DNA of 64,000 bases from an uncultured Nitrospinota bacterium. GTDB lineage: Bacteria; Tectomicrobia; Entotheonellia; J063; CAVPRW01. Location of the stretch: the NCBI GenBank assembly GCA_963707985.1, contig CAVPRW010000010.1:64001-128000 (forward strand). The letters are read 5' to 3'. The notes beneath the pieces were generated by a model. It was not told where the DNA came from, ran no database searches, and worked only from the letters and a program-made list of their open reading frames with translations. This document shows, in pieces, positions 56,670 through 64,000 of the stretch (positions within the stretch are counted from its first letter, which is position 1; every line of letters begins with the position of its first letter). A program made the position numbers and the translations under genes.

Positions 56670-58593
56670 CTAGCGGATCATGAGGTATCCAATGACCACG
56701 ACCGCACCGAGGAAGATCGACAACGCATAGTTGCGCACAAAGCCAGACTCCACCCGACTCAGCCAGGCGCTGTCCTGACGCACGAACTTTCCCGCCTGAT
56801 TGACGGTACTATCGACGATGCCCATATCTACCCGCGTCCACAGCCATGCGGCGCCGCGTTTGAGGGGCTCGACGATCAGCCGATCGTAAATCTCGTCCAC
56901 GTAGTATTTCTCGACCAACAGACGATAGACCCCATGAAATTGCGTGCTGATGCGCTCCGGCAAGGTGGTGTCTATCAGGTACATATACATTGCCAACAGG
57001 ATGCCCCCGATGGCCATCGCCAGCGAGATGAGCAACATCACCAACTCCAATCCAGGGCTATGGAGCGTATGGCTTAAGGCTTCAGGCGGGAGAGGATAGC
57101 GCGTGAACACCGGCTCGAGATAGGCTCGGATAAGGTGGGCCCCTTCGATGATGGGCATGCCGATGAACCCCGCCACTACCGACAGGCCGGCCAGAATCAG
57201 CAGGGGCACTCTCATGGCTGATGGGGCTTCGTGGGGGTGATGTGCCATCCCGGCGCTGGCACTCGGCTCCCGGTGGAACACGAGGAACACCAGGCGAAAC
57301 ATATAGAACGAAGTCATCACCGCGACGATGGCTGCGAGGAGCCAGATCAGGAGGTTCCCCTCAGTCAGCGCCATCCAGAGAATCTCATCCTTACTGAAAA
57401 AGCCCGCAAACGGGAACACCCCGGCGATGGCCAGTGAGGCGACCAGAAAGGTCATATACGTGATCGGCATATGGTCTTTCAGGCCTCCCATGCGGCGGAT
57501 ATCCTGCTCGCCGTCGAGGGCATGGATAACACTTCCTGCGCCCAGGAACAGCAAGGCCTTGAAGCAGGCATGCGTGGTCAGATGGAAGATGCCTGTGGTA
57601 AAGGCTCCCACCCCACACGCCACGAACATGTATCCGAGCTGACTGATGGTCGAATACGCCAGAACGCGCTTGATATCGGTCTGCACCAGGGCGATCGACG
57701 CCGCCAGCAAGGCCGTTAAGAGCCCAACGATGAGCACGACGACCATCGCTCCTGGGGCCAGGAGGTACAACACCGAGCAACGCGCCACCATATAGACGCC
57801 GGCGGTCACCATGGTAGCGGCATGGATCAAGGCGCTCACTGGCGTGGGGCCTTCCATGGCATCGGGCAGCCACACATACAATGGAATCTGCGCCGACTTG
57901 CCGGTCGCGCCCAGAAAGAGCAGAAGAGCGATAGCGGTGGCCACCGTCCCGCCTGGAACTAGCCGCTGTGTGGCAGTGCCGAACACCGCATCGAATTGGA
58001 TGCTGCCGAAGGTACTGAAGATGAGAAAGACCCCCAAGATAAATCCGAAATCTCCCACTCGATTGACGATGAAGGCCTTCTTCCCGGCATCCGCGGCCGC
58101 CTGCCGGGTGAACCAGAAGCCAATCAATAGGTAGGAACACAACCCCACCCCTTCCCATCCCAGGAACATCAGCAGGAAGTTGTTCCCCATGACCAGGAGG
58201 AGCATGGAGAAGATGAACAAATTCAGATAGGCAAAATAGCGCTGAAAGCCTTCATCAGCATGCATATAGCTGATGGAGTAAATATGAATGAGCAGACCCC
58301 ACCCCGGTGACCACCAGAATCATCACCGCTGACAGCGGATCCAGCAGGAACCCCATCGCTGCCTGAAAATCGCCCGAAGTCACCCACTGATAAATCACCA
58401 CTTCCACCGCCCGACCCTGATGGGGTAGGCTGAACAGCGTGAAAAAGGCAATCAACGAGCAGAAGAAGGACAGCCCCACCGCGCCACAGGCGATATAGGC
58501 GACGCTGGTCTCCGACAGATGACGCCGCCAGAGCCCGTTGATCAGACTGCCCAGCAGCGGCCAGAGGGGAATGAGCCAGAGGTTGCGCAGCAT
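56670..58593 (-). CDS. nuoL: NADH-quinone oxidoreductase subunit L (copy 1, standard helix; one +1 frameshift at ~58298)
   Basis: MLRNLWLIP..LDPLSAVM + WEGVG, KSAQIP, KYYVDE..GFVRNY. Confidence 0.93.
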
Positions 58594-58604
58594 GCCTCCC
58601 GCAC

Positions 58605-58907
58605 CTATCCTTTCATGAGATTCACGTCGTCGACGTCCACGCTGTCCCGCTGTCGAAACAGGGAGATGACAATCGCCAACCCGACAGCCGCTTCGGCCGC
58701 GGCCACAGTGAAAATGAACATCACGAACATGTGGCCATCGGGAGCATTCCACAAACGGGCAAAGGCCACGAACGAAAGATTGACGGCATTGAGCATCAGC
58801 TCGATGGACATGAAGATAATGAGCGCACTGCGCCGGAGCAGTACACCCATCACCCCGATCAGAAAGAGCATGGCGCTGAGCACGAGGTAATTGGCGATCG
58901 GCACCAT
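58605..58907 (-). CDS. nuoK: NADH-quinone oxidoreductase subunit K (copy 1)
   Basis: [18 protein letters not shown]. Confidence 0.95.
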   Translation of the reverse strand: MVPIANYLVLSAMLFLIGVMGVLLRRSALIIFMSIELMLNAVNLSFVAFARLWNAPDGHMFVMFIFTVAAAEAAVGLAIVISLFRQRDSVDVDDVNLMKG

Positions 58908-58916
58908 GGGAACTCC

Positions 58917-59423
58917 TTACCAGCGGCGCCTCGACAGCACAATGGCGCCAATCAGAGCGATAAAGAGGAGGACCGCTGCGAGTTGTAACGGAAAGAAGTA
59001 GCTGGCAAATAAGGCTCGCCCAAGTGCCACGGCCGTCCCAAAGTCCGGGGGCGGGGGAGGTGCGGCCGCCACCATGTCATTGATAGCTCCCGAGCGCAGC
59101 ACCAGAAGCGTCTCGACGAGGAAGATCACCCCCAGGAGTATCCCCAGGGATTTTTGCAGTTTCACACGGCTTGGAGCCGCCTCCACGCGGCGGATGTCAA
59201 GCAGCATGATGACAAACAAAAACAGCACCATGATCGCGCCGGCATAGACGATGACCTGAATCACTGCTAGGAAGTGGGCACTGAGCAGCAGAAACAAACC
59301 AGCCAGACTGAGGAGTGTGATGATCAGGAAGAGTGCACTATGGACGGGGTTGCGCTGGGTAATCACCATGGCGGCGGCAATCAATGCGATCACCGCCAAC
59401 AACCAAAAGAGCAGCGTTTCCAT
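58917..59423 (-). CDS. nuoJ: NADH-quinone oxidoreductase subunit J (copy 1)
   Basis: NPVHSAL, QVIVYAGAIMVLFLFVIML. Confidence 0.94.
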   Translation of the reverse strand: METLLFWLLAVIALIAAAMVITQRNPVHSALFLIITLLSLAGLFLLLSAHFLAVIQVIVYAGAIMVLFLFVIMLLDIRRVEAAPSRVKLQKSLGILLGVIFLVETLLVLRSGAINDMVAAAPPPPPDFGTAVALGRALFASYFFPLQLAAVLLFIALIGAIVLSRRRW

Positions 59424-59477
59424 GCCAGCCCCACTATCCACACCGTCCCAGGCCTACCGTCGTCGTCACATCCCGCA

Positions 59478-60749
59478 CTAGGCCGCTGCCACACACCGGC
59501 GCTGCAGAATATGCTGCTCGAAATCATCTCGGAATAACTTGATCATGCTTTCCACGGGCGTCACGGCAGCATCCCCGAATGGACAAAAGGTCTTGCCTTT
59601 GATGTTATCCGACACATCAAGTAGGAGGTCGATATCCTCAAGGCGCCCTTGACCATCTTCGATGCGATGTAAGGTCTTGACAAACCATCCGGTGCCTTCG
59701 CGACAGGGCGTGCATTTCCCGCAGGATTCATGCCAGTAGAAATGCAGCAAATTCAGTGCTGCTGACACCATGCAGGTGGTCTCGTCCATGACGATCACCC
59801 CCGCCGAGCCCAGGAGGGAGCCCGTCTGTTGCAGCGACTCGAAATCCATTTTCACTTCCAGATGCTGTTCGCCTAGGACCGGGACCGATGAGCCTCCGGG
59901 GATGACGGCTTTGAAACGATGCCCATCGCGGATGCCCCCGGCGTGCTCGAAGATCAATTCGCGCAGCGGCACCCCCATCGGCAATTCGTAAACTCCTCGG
60001 CGCCTGACATGGCCGCTGACGCTGAACAAACGAGGCCCAGGACTCCTTTCGGTGCCCATCGAGGTATACCACTCCGCGCCGTGTGCGACGATATGCGGCA
60101 GATTGCATAACGTTTCCACATTGTTGATGACCGTCGGGCAGCCATACAGCCCGACGGTTGCCGGAAACGGTGGTTTCAGGCGTGGCTGTCCGCGTTTGCC
60201 CTCGAGCGACTCCAGAAGGGCCGTCTCTTCACCACAGATATATGCCCCAGCCCCGACAAACAGAATAATGTCCAGGTCCATACCCGTGCCAAGTAGGTTC
60301 TTACCCAGGCACCCCGCCGCATATGCCTCATCGATGGCCTCTTGTAAGCGCTTGGCCCCAAGGGTCATCTCGCCACGGATGTAGATGAAGGCCGTCCGCA
60401 CGTGTAGCGCATGGCAGGCGATGATCATACCCGCAACGATCTGATGCGGCGTGCGTTCGATGAGGAGCCGATCTTTGAAGGTCCCAGGCTCGCTCTCATC
60501 GGCGTTACACACCAGGTAGGTGGGCTTGGGAAGATTTTTGGGAACGAAGCTCCATTTCATGCCGGTGGGAAAGCCAGCGCCTCCCCGTCCGCGCAAACCA
60601 GATTTCTTCACCAGTTCGATAAGCTCGTCCGGTTGGTACGCTGTGATGGCTTTAGCGGCTGCTTCGAACCCCTCTTGGGCGTGAGCACTGCGCAGTGTCC
60701 AAGAGTTGGGCAGATCAATAGATTTCGTCAGAATGTGGAGTAGTTCCAT
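59478..60749 (-). CDS. nuoF: NADH-quinone oxidoreductase subunit F
   Basis: GRGGAGF, NADESEPG, YICGEETALLESLEG, ESCGKCTPCREG..FCPFG. Confidence 0.96.
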   Translation of the reverse strand: MELLHILTKSIDLPNSWTLRSAHAQEGFEAAAKAITAYQPDELIELVKKSGLRGRGGAGFPTGMKWSFVPKNLPKPTYLVCNADESEPGTFKDRLLIERTPHQIVAGMIIACHALHVRTAFIYIRGEMTLGAKRLQEAIDEAYAAGCLGKNLLGTGMDLDIILFVGAGAYICGEETALLESLEGKRGQPRLKPPFPATVGLYGCPTVINNVETLCNLPHIVAHGAEWYTSMGTERSPGPRLFSVSGHVRRRGVYELPMGVPLRELIFEHAGGIRDGHRFKAVIPGGSSVPVLGEQHLEVKMDFESLQQTGSLLGSAGVIVMDETTCMVSAALNLLHFYWHESCGKCTPCREGTGWFVKTLHRIEDGQGRLEDIDLLLDVSDNIKGKTFCPFGDAAVTPVESMIKLFRDDFEQHILQRRCVAAA

Positions 60750-61215
60750 GGGTACACTCGTTGATGATGGCATCGAGCTTGGCTCGATCCAGGTGAACTT
60801 TATAGACCTCATTGACCATCATGAGCGGGGCCACATGACAAGCAGCCAGACATTCCACCGTCTCGAGCGTGAACAGTTGATCCGGCGTAGTCTCGCCCGG
60901 CTTGATGCCCAACTTTTCCTGTATGCACGTGATGATCTCTTCAGCTCCCATGAGGGCGCAGGGCCAGGTCCTACATACTTGTAAAACGTACTTGCCCACT
61001 GGTTGGCGGTACAGCATGGTGTAAAAGGACGCCACGGAGTCGACGTAGGCTGGGGTCGTGCCGAGGATCTCTGCCGCCAGCTCAATGCCGGATTTGGTAA
61101 CGTAACCCTGCTGTTGCTGCACCAGATAAAGGATAGGGATGAGTGCCGAAAGACGCTGTGGGAACCGAGCGGCGATCGCCTCCATGCGCTCCCGCAGTTC
61201 GGTCTCTACTCCCAT
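60715..61215 (-). CDS. nuoE: NADH-quinone oxidoreductase subunit E
   Basis: VASFYTM, CRTWPC, ECLAAC..AP [2Fe-2S] ligands. Confidence 0.93.
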   Translation of the reverse strand: MGVETELRERMEAIAARFPQRLSALIPILYLVQQQQGYVTKSGIELAAEILGTTPAYVDSVASFYTMLYRQPVGKYVLQVCRTWPCALMGAEEIITCIQEKLGIKPGETTPDQLFTLETVECLAACHVAPLMMVNEVYKVHLDRAKLDAIINECTHGTTPHSDEIY

Positions 61216-61565
61216 TGCAGTGCTCCACGCTTCCAGGCGTAGACGAGGCTCAGGGCAATGATCCCCAGGAAGATCGCCATGCCCAGGAAGGCCGGGCCCT
61301 TCACTTCCTTGAAGGCAACCGCCCATGGATAGAGGAAGGCGATTTCCACGTCGAAGATGATAAACTCCATACCAATGATGTAAAACCAGATGTTGAATCG
61401 TTCCCTGGCGTCGCCGACCGGCGGCATACCGCACTCATAGGGCGAGAGCTTTTCAGAATCGAGCCGCCGTGGTGTCAGCTTCGAGGGCAGCCAGAGTAAC
61501 ACGCTGGCCATACCGACGGCAATCATCAGTAGGATCGCAATGGGATAATAGCCCTCAACAACCAC
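61206..61565 (-). CDS. nuoA: NADH-quinone oxidoreductase subunit A
   Basis: KLSPYECG, FIIFDVEIAFLYPWA, WKRGALQWE. Confidence 0.95.
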   Translation of the reverse strand: MVVEGYYPIAILLMIAVGMASVLLWLPSKLTPRRLDSEKLSPYECGMPPVGDARERFNIWFYIIGMEFIIFDVEIAFLYPWAVAFKEVKGPAFLGMAIFLGIIALSLVYAWKRGALQWE

Positions 61566-61636
61566 CAGCTTCTCCTTCGCGACGCGGCTCGACTCCTCGC
61601 GCAAGTTCCCAGTGAGCTAGCCCTCAGAGCCGCAGT

Positions 61637-61666
61637 ATGCTAACAAAAAGGCGGGAAAAGTGTCAA
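61637..61666 (-). promoter_or_regulatory. Putative sigma70 promoter of the nuo locus
   Basis: TTGACA-N18-TAGCAT with extended TG. Confidence 0.55.
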
Positions 61667-61679
61667 GACCTTTCCCGCC
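61645..61679 (-). terminator. Rho-independent terminator downstream of thiE
   Basis: GGCGGGAAAG-GTCTTGACA-CTTTTCCCGCC-TTTTT on the minus strand. Confidence 0.55.
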
Positions 61680-61846
61680 CAATTCTCCACCGTTTGTCCA
61701 CCGCTTCCGCTACGATATTCACGCCCAAACGGCTAGTATAGCGCAGCCGCTTGCCGCGTCGGGGAGTGGCACATCACCTGTCGGCCCTGGACGATATCCT
61801 AGCCAGGCTGAGGATAATTTCTCCTGTCTGCCATTTAGGATGAGGG

Positions 61847-62491
61847 CTACAAGCCGGCCTTTGCTTTACCGGAACGCAGTGTCGCCAGGAGATCTTGGCT
61901 GGCCGCCGTTGGATCATCGGCGCTGATGATCGCTGAGATCACGGCGATGCCATCGGCGCCGGCGGTGAGCACCTGGTCGAGGTTCGCCTTCTTGACCCCC
62001 CCAATCGCGAGAATGGGTGTGTCGACCGCGGCTCGCACGGCCCGCAGGGCATCGAGCCCAACAGGTTCTCCGTATGGGGCCTTGGAGGGGGTGTAGAAAA
62101 CGGGGCCGAAGACGACAAAGTCCGCCCCTGCATTTGCAGCCGTCTGAGCTTCGGCAATGGAGTGCGTGGACACGCCGATCAGACGTCCAGGACCAAGAAT
62201 TTGCCGGGCCACAGTCGCCGGCAGCGACGTCATAGTGAGATGGACGCCGTCGGCGTCGACGGCTAATGCCACGTCGACACGATCATTGATCAGCAAGCGT
62301 GCCCCGTAGATCTTGGTGAGCTGCCGTATCTCCAGCGCAAGCGGGTAGAGCTCGCGGGGTGAGAGATCCTTCTCGCGTAATTGGAAGGCGCGAGCGCCTC
62401 CACGCAGTGCCGCTTCCACGACCAGCCGCAACGGCCTCCCGGCGGTGAGTTGACGATCGGTCACGACATAGAGATCGAAGTCGAAACTCAC
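61847..62491 (-). CDS. thiE: Thiamine-phosphate synthase
   Basis: [25 protein letters not shown]. Confidence 0.95.
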   Translation of the reverse strand: MSFDFDLYVVTDRQLTAGRPLRLVVEAALRGGARAFQLREKDLSPRELYPLALEIRQLTKIYGARLLINDRVDVALAVDADGVHLTMTSLPATVARQILGPGRLIGVSTHSIAEAQTAANAGADFVVFGPVFYTPSKAPYGEPVGLDALRAVRAAVDTPILAIGGVKKANLDQVLTAGADGIAVISAIISADDPTAASQDLLATLRSGKAKAGL

Positions 62492-63264
62492 TCAATCATC
62501 CCTTCAATCGGGCTGCTGGCCTGCGCATAGAGCTTTTTCGGAATGCGTCCGGCCTGATACGCTAGACGTCCAGCCTCCACCGCCAGTTTCATGGCTCTGG
62601 CCATCGCGATGGGGTCCTTGGCCCCGGCAATGCCGGTATTCATGAGCACGGCATCGCAGCCAAGCTCCATGGCGATGGCCGCATCAGAGGCCGTGCCAAC
62701 CCCGGCATCGACGATGACGGGGATCTTCACCGTCTGCATGATGATGCGAATGTTGTACGGGTTGCACAGGCCGAGGCCGGAGCCAATCGGTGCTCCTAAT
62801 GGCATCACGGCAGCGACCCCGAGATCTTCTAGCTTCTTTGCCGTGATGGGATCGTCGGTGGTGTAGGGCATGACGATAAATCCCGCCTTCACCAGCTCCT
62901 TGGTGGCCTCCAACAATCCTACCACATCGGGGAACAACGTGCGCTGATCACCGATGACCTCGAGTTTGACAAAGTCCGTATTCAGCGCCTCGCGTCCCAG
63001 CTCGGCGGTGCGAATCGCTTCGTCCGCCGTATAGCAGCCCGCGGTGTTCGGGAGGTAGGTATATTTCTGCGGACTGATATAGTCGAGCAGTGACCCTTTA
63101 CCGTGGTCGCCGAGGTCGAAGCGACGGATGGCCACCGTCACCATTTCCGCCCCAGACGCCTCGACCGCATCGCGATTCTGCTCCAACGAGGCGTATTTTC
63201 CCGTGCCCACGATCAGACGCGATTTAAATGCCTTGTCGCCTAACATCAGCAGGTCTTCACTCAT
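62488..63264 (-). CDS. thiG: Thiazole synthase
   Basis: [35 protein letters not shown]. Confidence 0.97.
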   Translation of the reverse strand: MSEDLLMLGDKAFKSRLIVGTGKYASLEQNRDAVEASGAEMVTVAIRRFDLGDHGKGSLLDYISPQKYTYLPNTAGCYTADEAIRTAELGREALNTDFVKLEVIGDQRTLFPDVVGLLEATKELVKAGFIVMPYTTDDPITAKKLEDLGVAAVMPLGAPIGSGLGLCNPYNIRIIMQTVKIPVIVDAGVGTASDAAIAMELGCDAVLMNTGIAGAKDPIAMARAMKLAVEAGRLAYQAGRIPKKLYAQASSPIEGMIE

Positions 63265-63288
63265 CGATCTTCTCCCTGGCGATCCACG

Positions 63289-63489
63289 TTACCCGCCTCC
63301 AACCGGGCGGACGATCTCGATACGATCCCCGGCTTTGAGGGAGGTCGCCTCATGATCCCTTTTCCGCACCACCCGACGATTCACCGCTACCGCACCGTAC
63401 TGCAAGATAATCTGCAGATCACGCAACAGTTCGGCCACCGTGATTTCGTCGCGAATCTCCTGCTCTTCTCCGTTGAGAATCACCCGCAT
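63289..63489 (-). CDS. thiS: Sulfur carrier protein ThiS
   Basis: 66 aa ubiquitin-like, C-terminal GG. Confidence 0.95.
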   Translation of the reverse strand: MRVILNGEEQEIRDEITVAELLRDLQIILQYGAVAVNRRVVRKRDHEATSLKAGDRIEIVRPVGGG

Positions 63490-63505
63490 AGCCCGACTCC
63501 TGGCG

Positions 63506-63538
63506 AAAAAAAAGCCGCACCGGCATTGGGTGCGGCTT
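63506..63538 (-). terminator. Riboswitch expression-platform intrinsic terminator
   Basis: AAGCCGCACC-CAATGCC-GGTGCGGC-TTTTTTTT just upstream of thiS. Confidence 0.85.
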
Positions 63539-63580
63539 CACCATCGTGCGCATTGGATGGACAGGCATTGATGCCCGTCG

Positions 63581-63668
63581 GCCGCGTTCCCTACGCTGGT
63601 ATTATCCAGTTCAGGTTCTAAGGGTCCCAAGGATGCCTTGGCTCTCAGGAAACCCCTCCCCCAGCGGC
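63581..63668 (-). ncRNA. TPP riboswitch
   Basis: GGG...CTGAGA...GACCCTTAGAACCTGAACTGGATAATACCAGCGTAGGGAA consensus upstream of thiSGE. Confidence 0.95.
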
Positions 63669-63724
63669 TGCAGGCTCTCATGGTTCCGCATAGCAGGCGG
63701 ATGCCCTTGAGGGCTTTGACTAAC

Positions 63725-63752
63725 AGTATACGAGGTGCCAAAAGGGAGTCAA
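63725..63752 (-). promoter_or_regulatory. Putative sigma70 promoter of the thi operon
   Basis: TTGACT-N16-TATACT upstream of the riboswitch. Confidence 0.55.
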
Positions 63753-63866
63753 GACAAATTTCGCCCAATTATCCAGGACAGGCTTGCCCCAAAACTTTGT
63801 CACGATCCTCCGCGACAGCAGCCAGGGATTTTGCTATCATGCATAAGGACATTTGGGAGTCTTGCC

Positions 63867-64000
63867 GTGAGCCATATCTGCACACGCGTGGTGCAATTTT
63901 TCTTGGGTACCTTATCTCAGACGGACCGCTGGTTTGCGCTGTTGCGCGGGGTCGTCTTTCTGGGCGGCATCGGGTGGCTGCTGTGCGTCCCCCTGCAGTC
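63867..64000 (+). CDS. N-terminus of a probable membrane protein (truncated by the window)
   Basis: GGGAG RBS + GTG; open hydrophobic frame to the window end. Confidence 0.45.
   Translation, partial: MSHICTRVVQFFLGTLSQTDRWFALLRGVVFLGGIGWLLCVPLQ

Noticed and set aside
47280..59423. JKLMN blocks as an Mrp antiporter/hydrogenase-4 arm, or as an assembly duplication
   Set aside because: Motifs and gene order are Nuo-type with no MrpE/F/G, and the two copies are substantially diverged, so not a duplicated contig.

Overview
GC-rich bacterial chromosomal window from a diderm organism; gene style is reminiscent of deltaproteobacteria-like or Tectomicrobia lineages, which is an inference only. No mobile elements or CRISPR arrays were found. 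In order it carries: a minus-strand efflux cluster (MFP, RND pump, NhaP-type antiporter fused to a rhodanese domain with a probable UGA-encoded selenocysteine plus SECIS-like hairpin, a deleted DUF6152 remnant, DUF6644, partial TolC); a sigma54 response regulator; eIF2B-like protein, alkA, HAD, tRNA-Cys, GNAT; recG, rpmB, rel, tatA-like; a cell-envelope/ftsH/DUF151/DUF507 block; CysQ/IMPase, PHP, nagZ, FAD oxidoreductase; a SorC-family regulator, a reductive-dehalogenase-like Fe-S protein and an amidohydrolase; menA/menB; a squalene/phytoene synthase; a Tat solute-binding protein with DUF2877 and FdrA; an unusual complex I locus (nuoA-E-F-JKLMN-JKLMN, no nuoBCD/GHI, with one NuoL carrying a ~26-aa tandem duplication in its lateral helix); and a TPP-riboswitch-controlled thiSGE operon. 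About 14 frameshifts in recG, menB, both nuoL copies and the GNAT are all explainable as single-base insertions and most likely reflect sequencing error.
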